The notes: generated by a model from the sequence alone, not told the origin. A stretch of 64,000 bases of DNA from Candidatus Sericytochromatia bacterium (GCA_036676985.1 JAKFBU010000019.1:21798-85797); one strand, 5' to 3'; shown: positions 39,292 through 48,942, counted from the stretch's first letter. Translations and numbers: made by a program.

Positions 39292-40323
39292 TTGGAGACC
39301 GCCCTGCCCATCACCGCCGCCACGCAACAGCTGCTCATGGGCCGCTCCATGCAGCGGGCCGAGGCCCGTGCAGTTCTGGCGGGCATCTTCTCGGGCGATA
39401 CGAGCCCGGTGCAGGTGGCGAGCTTCCTCACGGCCCTGCGCATGAAGGGCGAGAGCCCCGAGGAGGTCGCGGGCATGGCCGAGGCCATGCGCGACCACGC
39501 GGTGGCCGTACCCGGCGAGTGGCCGGATCTGCTGGATACCTGCGGCACGGGGGGCGATCGCTCCGGGACCTTCAACATCTCGACCACCGTGGCCTTCGTG
39601 GCGGCGAGCCAGGGCCTCAAGGTCGCCAAGCATGGCAACCGCTCGGCCTCCAGCCAGTGCGGGAGCGCGGACGTGCTCGAGGCCCTCGGGGCCCACATCG
39701 AGCTGTCACCCGAGCATGCCGCCCGGCTCTTGGACCAAGAGGATCTCACCTTCCTCTTCGCGCCCCGCTATCACCCGGCCATGCGCCACGTGGGCCCCAT
39801 CCGCAAGGAGCTGGGCTTCCCCACCGTCTTCAACCTGCTCGGCCCCCTGTGCAACCCGCTGAAGCCCCATCGCCAGGTGCTCGGCGTGTACAAGCCCGAG
39901 CTCGTGGACCTCATGGCGGGTGCCCTCAAGGCGCTCGGCGTCCGGCGCGCCCTGGTGGTGCACGGCCACGGCGGCCTCGACGAGCTCTCGCTCGCGGGCC
40001 CCTCCCAGGTGGCCGAGATCCGCGAAGACGGCACCTTGCACCGCTACCTGGCGGATCCTACGGCGTACGGCCTGGCACCCGCCCCGATCCAGGCGCTGGT
40101 GGGCGGGGATGCGCCCACCAACGCCGCCATCATCCGCGGCATCCTCGCCGGGGAGATCCGAGACGCCCGGCGCGCGGCCGTGGTCTGGAACGCCGCTGCC
40201 GCCCTCCTGGTCGGAGGAGTGGCAACCGATCTGGCGGAGGGCGTGGCGATCGCCTCTCGAGCCCTCGACTCGGGGGCGGCCATGCGCAAGCTGGAGGCCT
40301 TCACGGCCGCCACGCGCGCCTGA
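39292..40323 (+). CDS. trpD: Anthranilate phosphoribosyltransferase
   Basis: DTCGTGGD..TFNIST, VAKHGNRSASS..GSADVLEALG, HPAMRHV, GLDEL. Confidence 0.95.
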   Translation: METALPITAATQQLLMGRSMQRAEARAVLAGIFSGDTSPVQVASFLTALRMKGESPEEVAGMAEAMRDHAVAVPGEWPDLLDTCGTGGDRSGTFNISTTVAFVAASQGLKVAKHGNRSASSQCGSADVLEALGAHIELSPEHAARLLDQEDLTFLFAPRYHPAMRHVGPIRKELGFPTVFNLLGPLCNPLKPHRQVLGVYKPELVDLMAGALKALGVRRALVVHGHGGLDELSLAGPSQVAEIREDGTLHRYLADPTAYGLAPAPIQALVGGDAPTNAAIIRGILAGEIRDARRAAVVWNAAAALLVGGVATDLAEGVAIASRALDSGAAMRKLEAFTAATRA

Positions 40324-40474
40324 ACGGAACACGCGACCTCCATCCACCTGAACGCAGCCTCATCACGCCACCCTTCCGATAAGGGGCAGGCGGCATGGCA
40401 ACGTAAGAGGGGATTAACCCCCGATTGTGTCCCTCGGAGGCGCAAAAAATCTCACTTTTTTTGAAGAAAAGGGC

Positions 40475-40503
40475 TTGCGCTTTCCCAAGCTTGCCCCTAT
40501 AAT
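40475..40503 (+). promoter_or_regulatory. Strong sigma70-type promoter of the HU gene
   Basis: TTGCGC-17bp-TATAAT preceded by A/T tracts (UP-like). Confidence 0.75.
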
Positions 40504-40606
40504 CGCGGGTATGTAAGGGAAGCTGGCTCGTCATGCGGCTTTCAGGGGATTACCCCGGGGTCGGAGCCAAGTTTCACGCCGCTTTAGGCAGAAGGGAATT
40601 CGTGGG

Positions 40607-40915
40607 ATGAACAAAGAAGAACTCATCAAGCAGATCAGCCAGAAGGCGAAGGTTTCCCAGAAGGAAGCCGGTGAGTGCCTGAACGCCACCATCGAGGCGA
40701 TCTCGGCCGCTCTCGCCAAGGGCGACAAGATCACGCTCGTTGGCTTCGGCACCTTCCAGGTCCGCCAGCGCGCCGCCCGCGAGGGCCGCAACCCCCGCAC
40801 CGGCGCGGTCCTGAAGATCCCCGCCAAGAAGTCGCCCGTCTGGACGGCTGGCAAGACCCTCAAGGAGCGCGTCGAGGGCAAGAAGGCCAAGGCCGCTGCC
40901 GGCAAGAAGAAGTAA
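40607..40915 (+). CDS. hup: HU DNA-binding protein
   Basis: MNKEELIK..ITLVGFGTF..RAAREGRNPRTG..IPA; short Lys/Ala tail. Confidence 0.95.
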   Translation: MNKEELIKQISQKAKVSQKEAGECLNATIEAISAALAKGDKITLVGFGTFQVRQRAAREGRNPRTGAVLKIPAKKSPVWTAGKTLKERVEGKKAKAAAGKKK

Positions 40916-40952
40916 GCATCCTGCGGCCATTCGCCGCGGTTGAGCTAGCTTC

Positions 40953-40990
40953 CACCCCCGGGTCCCACGGACCCGGGGGTGCTTCTTTTC
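40953..40990 (+). terminator. Terminator after HU
   Basis: CACCCCCGGGTCC/GGACCCGGGGGTG followed by CTTCTTTT. Confidence 0.75.
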
Positions 40991-40995
40991 GGGGC

Positions 40996-42804
40996 TTACT
41001 TCTTGGCCGGCGCCTTCTGGACCTTGGCTGTCACGGGCTTGGGGGCCTCCTGCTTGGCGCCCACCGTGAACTTGAGCCCGAGCCCCACCAGCGCGAGCAC
41101 CAGCACGGCCGCCACCGTGGCGATCGCCGCCTTCGGCACCCCCGTCTGGCCCTTGATGGCCTTCTTGGCCGGAGGGGCGAGCTTGGCCGTCTGAGCCTTG
41201 ATCGGAGCCGTCGGCGCGCCCCGGCGCGGTGCGGCCACCTCCTCCTCGCTGTCGCCTCCGCCCGCCGCCAGCTGGTTGCGCCGGACGATCTGGGCCTCCA
41301 GGGCCGCGAGGACCTGCTCGGGCGTACAGAACCCCTTGGAGACGAGGATCTGGCCGATCGGCCGCGGGTCCAGCACCTGGAGCTGCAGCGCCTCTCCGAG
41401 CTGCTCCGAGTTGAGGGCCCCCTGGTTCACGAGCGTCTCGCCGAGCCTCGCAATCCCCGTCTGGGTGAGCCGCTTCTTCTGGGACTGCCAGCCGAGCACC
41501 CCCTGCAGATCCTGGTGCGTGATGAGCCCCATGTTGATGAGGACCTCGCCCAGGGGCACCCGGCGCTTGGTCTGCTCGTCGGCGAGCGCCTGGAGCATGT
41601 CCGTGCGCGTGAGCTTCTTGCGGGCCACCAGCAGCTCGCCGAGCATGTCCGCCTCGGGGAGCATCACGTTCAGGGCCCGCTGGGACTTAACGGCCGCCTG
41701 CAAATCCGCCGTCGAGCAGGCCTTGAGCTGGGAGACGAGGATCTCGCCCACCGGCTTCTTCAGCTTCGGCTGCAAGGAGAGGGCCTCTTGCAGCTGCACC
41801 GGGGTCACGACCCCCTTGGCGAGCATGATGGCGCCCAGGCGCTCGTGGAAGGGACGTGCTCCCGGCTTGGCGATCCGGAAGTCGCCCACCACCGCCGAGA
41901 CCATGGCCTCGAAGTTCGAGATGCCGAGCCGCAGGATCGTCTGGCCGAGGGTCTCACCGCCCTCGCGCAGCTCGAGCGCGTCGTTGATGAGCTCCTGGTC
42001 GAGGGCGTTGTAGGAGGCGAGGATGCCGGCGAGGCTCGTGTCGGGAGGCTTGGCGCTGACGTCGTAGCCCCTGAACTCCGAGAGCCGCGCGAGGAACTGG
42101 CTCCAGCTGTAGAGCTTGCCCATCGTCAGGTCGTCGCCGGCGTTGCGCTCGCGAAAGAGGGCGTCGTCGCTCACCTTGGGCATGACCTTGTCCAGGTCCG
42201 TCCGCTCGAGGCAGAGCATGCTGTGCTGCGAGTTGAAGAGGAGCCGCGGGTTGACCGGATAGGTGCGGGTGCCGATGCCCTGGATGCGCACCTCGCTCGC
42301 CGCGATGACGATCACGTCGCCCCGGAACAGGACGCTGATGCGCACCGAGCGCCGACGGCAGTAGGCCTGGACGTCGCTGATGAAGATGCGGTTGGTGAGC
42401 GTGAGTTGAGCCCGGTTGTTCCACCCGCAGTTGCACCAGGGACGGTCGGCGCGGGTCTCGGGGATGGCCACGCCGCACTCGGGGCAGGTCTGCTGACTAG
42501 GAGGCGCTTGCACCTTGGCGAGCGCCCGGCGATCGCCGATGGAGCCCAGCCCCTCCCGGGCAAAGCCCGTCAGGCGGTCATCATGGGTGTTGTCGAGGAC
42601 GAACTTGTAGGCCTCGGCCGCCTTGACCTGCTGGCCGTCCTTCTGATAGGCGCGGGCCAGCATCAACCAGACCTGATGGTTGTCGGGGTTGAACTTGGTA
42701 GCGAATTCGAGGAAGACGATCGCCTCGGCGATTCGCCCTTCCTTGAACGCCCGAATCCCCATCTCGGCCTGAGAGCTCAATCCCCGCCCCTTGTCCACAC
42801 TCAC
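40996..42804 (-). CDS. TPR + Zn-ribbon + multiple MshEN-repeat protein with a C-terminal TM anchor
   Basis: N-terminal TPR; CPECG..WCNCGW; RLGAIMLAKGVVTPVQLQEALSLQ, RLGETLVNQGALNSEQLGEALQLQ and six related half-motifs; hydrophobic helix near the C-terminus. Confidence 0.8.
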   Translation of the reverse strand: MSVDKGRGLSSQAEMGIRAFKEGRIAEAIVFLEFATKFNPDNHQVWLMLARAYQKDGQQVKAAEAYKFVLDNTHDDRLTGFAREGLGSIGDRRALAKVQAPPSQQTCPECGVAIPETRADRPWCNCGWNNRAQLTLTNRIFISDVQAYCRRRSVRISVLFRGDVIVIAASEVRIQGIGTRTYPVNPRLLFNSQHSMLCLERTDLDKVMPKVSDDALFRERNAGDDLTMGKLYSWSQFLARLSEFRGYDVSAKPPDTSLAGILASYNALDQELINDALELREGGETLGQTILRLGISNFEAMVSAVVGDFRIAKPGARPFHERLGAIMLAKGVVTPVQLQEALSLQPKLKKPVGEILVSQLKACSTADLQAAVKSQRALNVMLPEADMLGELLVARKKLTRTDMLQALADEQTKRRVPLGEVLINMGLITHQDLQGVLGWQSQKKRLTQTGIARLGETLVNQGALNSEQLGEALQLQVLDPRPIGQILVSKGFCTPEQVLAALEAQIVRRNQLAAGGGDSEEEVAAPRRGAPTAPIKAQTAKLAPPAKKAIKGQTGVPKAAIATVAAVLVLALVGLGLKFTVGAKQEAPKPVTAKVQKAPAKK

Positions 42805-42957
42805 GGCAAGTCAACCCGCCGCGCGGGCTCTTGGTTCCAGTATACCCCCCGCATGGACCGACCTACCGTCCGATCGCGCCCGAACGAGCGCCCTTCCCGC
42901 GCTGACGGGCGTATGTTAAGGTTCTAAACGCCCCCCGTCGCGGAAGGAAGTTGCACC

Positions 42958-44109
42958 GTGCGCCGCCAGATCATGGGTTACCTCGTCATGTTGGCCCTCG
43001 GCCTCGCCGCCGGGGGAGGTCTCGCCTACCTGCGCACGCAGGAGCCCGAGGCCCTCCAGGCGCCCGCGGCCCCCGAGGCCCGCCTGCCGGCCCTTCCGGC
43101 CGGCCCCAACCCGACGGGCAGCAACCTCATCGCCGACCTGGTCGAGCGCGCGGGCCCCGCGGTCGTCAACATCGACACCATCACCCGCGAGCGGCGGCCC
43201 GCCCTCATGCTGGATCCGTTCCAGGACTTCTTCGGCGGTCAGTCCCCCTTCGGCACCCAGGAGCACGTCCAAAAGGGCGTGGGCTCGGGCTTCATCATCG
43301 ACGGCTCGGGCGTCATCGTCACCAACAACCACGTCATCAAGAACGCCTCCCAGCTCACCGTCACCCTCGAGGACGGCCGCAAGTTCCCGGGCAAGATCCT
43401 GGGCCGCGACCCCGCCACCGACGTGGCGGTCGTCAAGATCGACGGCAAGCAGCTGCCCACCCTGCCCCTGGGCGAGAGCCACAACGTGCGCGTGGGCGAG
43501 TGGGTGGTCGCCATCGGCAGCCCGCTCGGGCTCTCCAAGACCGTCACGGCGGGCATCGTGAGCGCGCTCAACCGCGACGTGCAGATCAGCGAGCGCGTCT
43601 CCTTCATCCAGACCGACGCCGCCATCAACCCCGGCAACTCGGGCGGCCCGCTCATCGACATGCGCGGGCGGGTGATCGGCGTCAACACGGCGATCGCCGC
43701 CCAGGCCCAGGGCATCGGCTTCGCCATCCCCTCCGACACGGCCCGCTCCATCGTCGACCAGCTGCGCACCAAGGGCAAGGTCGAGCGGGCCTGGATCGGC
43801 GTGAGCATCGCGGAGCTGACACCCGAGCGCGCCGAGCAGCTCTTCTCCAAGATGGAGCCGGGCGTCCTGGTGCGGCAGGTGGTGCCCGGCGGGCCTGCCG
43901 ACCGCTCCGGCATCCGCGAGGGCGACGTGCTGATCGAGGTCGACGCCCGCAAGCTCGAGAAGCCGGGCGACCTCATCCGCTACCTGGCGGGCAAACGGGT
44001 CGGAGAGAAGGTGAGCCTGCTGGTGAGCCGCGAGGGCCAGCGCAAGACCCTGAGCGTGTCGCTGGGCGCCATGCCGGACAACGCCCAGGCCGCCGAGCCC
44101 GAGGAATAG
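42958..44109 (+). CDS. HtrA/DegP-family serine protease with one PDZ domain
   Basis: GSGFII, TNNHV, TDVAVVKI, IQTDAAINPGNSGGPL; single PDZ. Confidence 0.95.
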   Translation: MRRQIMGYLVMLALGLAAGGGLAYLRTQEPEALQAPAAPEARLPALPAGPNPTGSNLIADLVERAGPAVVNIDTITRERRPALMLDPFQDFFGGQSPFGTQEHVQKGVGSGFIIDGSGVIVTNNHVIKNASQLTVTLEDGRKFPGKILGRDPATDVAVVKIDGKQLPTLPLGESHNVRVGEWVVAIGSPLGLSKTVTAGIVSALNRDVQISERVSFIQTDAAINPGNSGGPLIDMRGRVIGVNTAIAAQAQGIGFAIPSDTARSIVDQLRTKGKVERAWIGVSIAELTPERAEQLFSKMEPGVLVRQVVPGGPADRSGIREGDVLIEVDARKLEKPGDLIRYLAGKRVGEKVSLLVSREGQRKTLSVSLGAMPDNAQAAEPEE

Positions 44110-44209
44110 CCGGCACCCTAGCGGGATCGCCAACGCCCTTTAGCCAGGACGGCGAAGCCAACAAGCAAGCGAATGACTAGGATGGCATCACAGGTATCGC
44201 TGTATCGAG

Positions 44210-44884
44210 GTGCCGCCTATGTCGCCACGCTGCTGGATGTTGGCCCTGCTGGCCGGCCTCGTCGCCGGCTGCCCGCAAGGGGGCCCCACCCCCCCCGTCG
44301 ATAACACGCCCCCCCTGACCGAGCCCGGCGTGACCTTTTCCATCTCGGGCACCCTCAAGGGCCCCAAGGGCTTCTTGAGCACGAGCGAGGTCACGCGCAC
44401 GCTCCAGGCCTTCGCCGAGGAGGCCCTGCCCGGAGTCCAGATCTACCTGGCCGACGCCAAGCTGCAGCCCCTGCCGGACTCCCCGCGGACCACCACGGCC
44501 GCCAACGGCAGCTTCGAGCTCGCCTCGCCCCATCGCGCGGGCTTCCTGATGGCCCAGACGGCCTCGGCCTCCGCGCCCCTCATGGCCTTCTATCGCGAGG
44601 GTCGCCCCTCGACCCTCTCGGTGGCGAGCACCATGGTCGCCTGGAAGATCTCGGCCGACATGGCGGCCAAGGGCGTGGCCATCACGACCCTCCCGCCGGA
44701 CAAGATCGACGCCGCCATCGTCCTGGTGCAGAAGGACCTGGTCAGCAAGAGCCTGAACCCGGACTACAGCCTGGCCAGCTGGCCGAACGCCCTGGACTAC
44801 CACACCTATCAGCGCCAGGGCGACTACGCCAAGACGTTCAACGCCATCATCGCGGGCTCGGTCGCGGCTCCTATGAGCCGCTGA
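44210..44884 (+). CDS. Hypothetical lipoprotein
   Basis: Lipobox LVAG-C and Pro-rich linker; start may be ATG 44219. Confidence 0.65.
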   Translation: MPPMSPRCWMLALLAGLVAGCPQGGPTPPVDNTPPLTEPGVTFSISGTLKGPKGFLSTSEVTRTLQAFAEEALPGVQIYLADAKLQPLPDSPRTTTAANGSFELASPHRAGFLMAQTASASAPLMAFYREGRPSTLSVASTMVAWKISADMAAKGVAITTLPPDKIDAAIVLVQKDLVSKSLNPDYSLASWPNALDYHTYQRQGDYAKTFNAIIAGSVAAPMSR

Positions 44885-44957
44885 GCCCCGCCCCGGGCGC
44901 GCCCGCCTCTTCTGGTGAGAGGTGAACGGGGGCGGGCGCGCCCGGGCCCCATGCCAC

Positions 44958-44990
44958 AACCCCCCGGAAGCCGAAGCTTCCGGGGGGTTC
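44958..44990 (-). terminator. Hairpin immediately 3' of tmRNA
   Basis: AACCCCCCGGAAGC/GCTTCCGGGGGGTT. Confidence 0.55.
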
Positions 44991-44993
44991 GAG

Positions 44994-45382
44994 TGGAGAT
45001 GGTGGGAATTGAACCCACGTCCCAAAAGACAACCATAGCGGCGTCTACGAGCGTAGCCTGGGGTTTGTTTCACCCGGTACGCGCCCCCTCGGCGCGGCCC
45101 GTCCCGGGTTAGCTAGCTAGGCTTAGGCCGACTCAGCCAGCAAATCGGTCGGCAGCAACCGGTCAAAGTGACCCCTCATCCCGACCGGTGGGGGATAAGG
45201 AGTGACCCCTAACTCGCTACTTACGCGGCGAGGGCAGCGGCCTTGCGGCCACCAACCGTGGGGATGGCGAAAGCGTTAGCTTTGGCACTTGTTTGTTTTG
45301 CCATCGGATTTTACGGGATCGGACGACACTCCCGGCTCGCAGCCCCTACCATCGCACTTCTGGTCGAAACCGTGACATCCCC
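44994..45382 (-). ncRNA. ssrA: tmRNA; predicted tag AKANAFAIPTVGGRKAAALAA
   Basis: 5' GGGGAUGUCACGGUUUCGAC; 3' GGACGUGGGUUCAAUUCCCACCAUCUCCA. Acceptor stem has G3-U. Tag ORF 45286-45221 ends ALAA-stop. Confidence 0.95.
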
Positions 45383-45431
45383 GGGGGGCGTCACGCTCGC
45401 GTCGAATACACGAGGCGGTAACAGCTCATTA

Positions 45432-45460
45432 AGTATACCTCCGGAGCCTGCCCGGGGCAA
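45432..45460 (-). promoter_or_regulatory. ssrA promoter
   Basis: TTGCCC-17bp-TATACT on the minus strand. Confidence 0.65.
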
Positions 45461-45511
45461 CTCTTGCGTGATAGGATGGAAACGTCCCAACTGCGCCCCC
45501 GGAGGTCCCTC

Positions 45512-46033
45512 ATGCTCACCATGACCCACACCCTGACGCGCTCGACGCGCCTTCCGACCGACACCGATCGGGCCCGGGCGGTGCTTTCCGAGTTCATGCG
45601 GCATGTGGAGCGGCTCTCGGACGTGGCGAGCGTCGAGGCCTACGACGGCGACATCTACCGGGTCATTCTCCAGAAGATGGGCGGCACCATCGGCCTCTGG
45701 AGCTACGGCGTGCACGTCGCCTACGATCTGAAGCTGGAGCTGCACCCGGACCGCCTCACGGCGGTCTCCCTGCCACGCGATCCCCACGACTCCTGGATCG
45801 GGGACGGGATCCTGCTGTCGGACTACCGCTCCGAGACGCGCTGGGTGGAAACGGAAGAGGGCATCGAGCTCCAGCACGCCATGGACCTGCGCGTGGACCT
45901 GCCCATCCCGGGCTTCCTCGCCTTGGCGCCCCGGCCGCTGATGCAGACGCTCGGCGATGGGCTGATGCGCTCGAAGGCCACGAGCATGATCGACGAGATG
46001 CTCGGCCTGCTGAGCCGGGAGCTGTCCTCCTAA
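45512..46033 (+). CDS. Hypothetical protein, possibly SRPBCC/DUF1997-like
   Basis: SD GGAGG; C-terminal LPIPGFLALAP..MQTLGDGLM resembles the 35158 protein. Confidence 0.6.
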   Translation: MLTMTHTLTRSTRLPTDTDRARAVLSEFMRHVERLSDVASVEAYDGDIYRVILQKMGGTIGLWSYGVHVAYDLKLELHPDRLTAVSLPRDPHDSWIGDGILLSDYRSETRWVETEEGIELQHAMDLRVDLPIPGFLALAPRPLMQTLGDGLMRSKATSMIDEMLGLLSRELSS

Positions 46034-46107
46034 ACCCCCTGTACGGGCGCAAGCTGGTAGGCACAGCGACCTATCCCACTGCCTACCAGCTTTCCTAGCC
46101 TCACTTG

Positions 46108-46141
46108 AAAGCGCCCGGCCTGAATCAGGCCGGGCGCTTTT
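46108..46141. terminator. Bidirectional terminator
   Basis: AAAGCGCCCGGCCTGA/TCAGGCCGGGCGCTTT. Confidence 0.8.
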
Positions 46142-46151
46142 GGCGTCTTGC

Positions 46152-47051
46152 TCAGACCAGGCTCATCCGCTCGTCCAAGGGCGGCCAGCCCATCTGGCGG
46201 CAAACGGCCTGGGCGAGATCGTAGGGCGAGAACTGGGGGACCTGCAGGGCCATGCCGAACATGGCGTCCGAGGGGGCGTTGCCCTTGGTGCAGCGCTCGT
46301 GGCAGGTGGCGTACAGGGCCTCGACGATCTGCGGCAGGTCCCGGACCGAGCGACCGGCCTTCAGGAGCTCGCGCAGGCAGAGCATCAGCTCGCCCCGGGT
46401 GATGAAGCGGCTCAAGAGCTCGTCGGCGAGCTCGCGCCCGTACAGCCGCAGCCGGCGATCCAGGGCGAAGCTCAGGCTGTCCGGGGTGACGAGGCGGTAC
46501 AGGTTCTTGCGCAGGACGATGTCCAGGTGCTCGAGCAAAGCCTCGTCGGCGGCCACGCCCTGCTGGGCGGCCTGCTCCAGGGTCTCGGGGATCCACGCGA
46601 CCAGCTGGCCCGTGGCGGGCCGCTCGCCGACCTTGGCCTGCTTGGCCTGCTCGGGCGTGAGGGTCTCGGGGTCCACGCCCATCATGCCGGGCATGACGAT
46701 GCCCTCGGCGACGGCCTGACCCCAGACGAAGAGGCGGTAGCCCAGCGGAGAGAGCAGGGCGTTGTCGCGGAACTGCACGCCAGGGATGACCCAGCCGAGC
46801 TCCTCGGCGATCGCCACCCGCAGCATCACGATCCCGTCCATCAGACGGCCGCCGGAGCCCGGATCGACCAGCTGGATGATCTCCGAGCCGACCTCCACCC
46901 GGATGGGCGGGGCGTTGAGGCCAAGGAGCACGGCCTCCGGGTCGCGAATCGGGTCGTCCTGGCCGCCCTCGATGCGGATGACATCGCGCGGGTCCACGCT
47001 CAACCACGGGAATAGCTTGGCGAACGTGCGGCGCAGGGGATGGTTGGGCAT
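46152..47051 (-). CDS. Stand-alone FHIPEP (FlhA/SctV) cytoplasmic-domain protein
   Basis: PIRVEVGSEIIQLVDP..GGRLMDGIVMLRVAIAEELGWVIPGVQFRDNALL, LRELLKAGRSVRDLPQIVEAL. No TM domain; SD GGAGGAG before ATG 47051. Confidence 0.8.
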   Translation of the reverse strand: MPNHPLRRTFAKLFPWLSVDPRDVIRIEGGQDDPIRDPEAVLLGLNAPPIRVEVGSEIIQLVDPGSGGRLMDGIVMLRVAIAEELGWVIPGVQFRDNALLSPLGYRLFVWGQAVAEGIVMPGMMGVDPETLTPEQAKQAKVGERPATGQLVAWIPETLEQAAQQGVAADEALLEHLDIVLRKNLYRLVTPDSLSFALDRRLRLYGRELADELLSRFITRGELMLCLRELLKAGRSVRDLPQIVEALYATCHERCTKGNAPSDAMFGMALQVPQFSPYDLAQAVCRQMGWPPLDERMSLV

Positions 47052-47131
47052 CAAATCACTCCTCCGGCGGGGGACGGCTTCATTCGTTATACCCGTCAGG
47101 GGCCTGCTTGCCTCTCGGCTCGCACGAGAAT

Positions 47132-47707
47132 TTAGCGATCGGGCGTCAGCCGACAGACCGGGCAGCGGGCCTCCCCGTCGCCCGGCGGCACCAGGGCCCC
47201 GCACTCCCCGCACGGCCGGTAACCGGCCTGCAGCTTGGCCGCCCTCCGGCGGGCCACCGTCTCCAGGAGACCGCCCAGGGACTTGGCGACCTTGGGATCC
47301 GCGACGGCCTTGGCGACGTCCTGGGCGATCGCCTCGCTCTCGGCGCTCGGAAGCTCCGGCAGGGCCGGCGGGGACGCCTCGGGGGCCTCCACCGGAAGGT
47401 TGGAGGAGCGGCGTTCCTGCCAGGTGGGAGCCACCTGGTAGCGCAGATCCTTGACCACGCCCTTGCCGAAGCGGGCCTCCAGCTTCTGGAGCAGGCGCGG
47501 CTTGAGGAGCTGGAGCTCGTTGGCCCAGGCCGACGAGCTCACCTCGACGAAGAGCACGCCCTGACGCAGGTAGCGCGGATGCGCCCGCTCGGCGATGGCC
47601 TCGCCCACGATCTCGCTCCACTGCCCGAAGATCTTCCCGGCGACGACCACGTCCGTGGCGTTCAGCTCCCGCAACCCGCCGTTCAGGAGGTGCTTGATGC
47701 GATCCAT
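47132..47707 (-). CDS. DUF721/DciA-family protein with a C-terminal Zn ribbon
   Basis: WSEIVGEAIAERAHP..GVLFVEVSSSAWANELQLLK; CGECG..CPVC. Confidence 0.82.
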   Translation of the reverse strand: MDRIKHLLNGGLRELNATDVVVAGKIFGQWSEIVGEAIAERAHPRYLRQGVLFVEVSSSAWANELQLLKPRLLQKLEARFGKGVVKDLRYQVAPTWQERRSSNLPVEAPEASPPALPELPSAESEAIAQDVAKAVADPKVAKSLGGLLETVARRRAAKLQAGYRPCGECGALVPPGDGEARCPVCRLTPDR

Positions 47708-47710
47708 GGT

Positions 47711-48295
47711 CTAGCTCCCTTCCCCATAGAGCATCCGATAGATCTGGTAGGACCTGAGGCCGCGCTTGACGTAGTGCCGGGTCTCGGGGAAGGCGGCCGC
47801 GATGGCGTCCGGCTGCTTGCGCCAGCGCGCCACGTTGCCCTGTCCCGCGTTGTAAGCCGCGAGCACCGCCTCCAGCTCGCCCGGGAACTGGCGCTCCAGG
47901 TAGCTCAGATACCAGCAGCCGAGCCGGACGTTGACCGCGGGCTCCTCGATCCGATCGATCGAGTAGGCGCGCACCGACGCCCGACGTGCCGCCCACTCCG
48001 CGGTGGTCGGCATCAGCTGCATGAGGCCCCGAGCCCCCACCCGCGACCGGGCCGTGGGGGAGAAGCCGCTCTCGGTCCGGATCACGGCGACGACCAGGAG
48101 CGGATCCAGGTCGTACCGCTCGGCCTCCTGCTCGATGAGCTCGCGATACGGGTAGGGGTAGACGAGGCGCAGCACGCCGAAGCCGATGGGCTTGAAGCCC
48201 CCCACGAGCACGATCAAGACGAGCAGCCATGCCCAGGGAGCCCATCGGCGGCGCGCCTGGGGACGGGGTCGAGAACGGGACGTGGTCTGGGTCAT
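47711..48295 (-). CDS. Lytic transglycosylase (SLT domain)
   Basis: AVIRTESGF, GARGLMQLMPTTA, LAAYNAG, FPETRHYV. Confidence 0.92.
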   Translation of the reverse strand: MTQTTSRSRPRPQARRRWAPWAWLLVLIVLVGGFKPIGFGVLRLVYPYPYRELIEQEAERYDLDPLLVVAVIRTESGFSPTARSRVGARGLMQLMPTTAEWAARRASVRAYSIDRIEEPAVNVRLGCWYLSYLERQFPGELEAVLAAYNAGQGNVARWRKQPDAIAAAFPETRHYVKRGLRSYQIYRMLYGEGS

Positions 48296-48339
48296 GGGGT
48301 CCTCTCGGAAGTCCTCGCCGCTAGTCTACCACAGCGGGG

Positions 48340-48942
48340 CTACCGCAGGCCCTCTGCCGACAGGGCCTCCAGCACGCGCCGCTCCACGTCCTCGGGCGAC
48401 CCGGAGTTGTCGATGAGGCGATCGCTCAGGGCCGCCTTCTTCTCCAGCGGCCACTGGGAGGCGATCCGGGCCGCGGCTGCGGCCTCCGTGAGGCCGTCGC
48501 GCCGCATGAGCCGCTCCTGCTGCACCTCGGGCGGGACGGCGACGAGCCAGGTGGTGTCCGCGATGCCCTGCATCCCCGTCTCGAAGAGCAGGGGCACCAC
48601 GAGCACCACGATCCGGGGCGGCTGGGGCAGGGCCCGGAGCCTGGCGAGCGCGTGCTCGATCTCGGCGTAGACCGCAGGGTGCACGATGGTGTTGAGGCGC
48701 TGACGCGCCGCCTCGTCCCCGAAGACCCGCCGGGCGAGCTCGGGACGGTTCAGGCGGCCCGCGGCGTCCAGGACCTCGGGCCCGAAGGTGCGGACGATCT
48801 CGGCGAGGGCCGGCGTGCCCGGCTCCACCACGTCCCGAGCGAGCTGGTCCGCGTCGAGGAGGACCGCCCCGTGGCGTTCGAGGGCGTTGGCGACCGTCGT
48901 CTTGCCCGAGGCGATGCCGCCCGTCAGGCCGATGACCCTCAT
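48340..48942 (-). CDS. coaE: Dephospho-CoA kinase
   Basis: MRVIGLTGGIASGKTTV, DADQLAR, LNTIVHP, VPLLFE, RLMRRDG. Confidence 0.95.
   Translation of the reverse strand: MRVIGLTGGIASGKTTVANALERHGAVLLDADQLARDVVEPGTPALAEIVRTFGPEVLDAAGRLNRPELARRVFGDEAARQRLNTIVHPAVYAEIEHALARLRALPQPPRIVVLVVPLLFETGMQGIADTTWLVAVPPEVQQERLMRRDGLTEAAAAARIASQWPLEKKAALSDRLIDNSGSPEDVERRVLEALSAEGLR

Noticed and set aside
44150-44994. Island integrated at the tmRNA 3' end
   Set aside because: No integrase, no duplicated tmRNA 3' fragment noticed, and no shift in composition.
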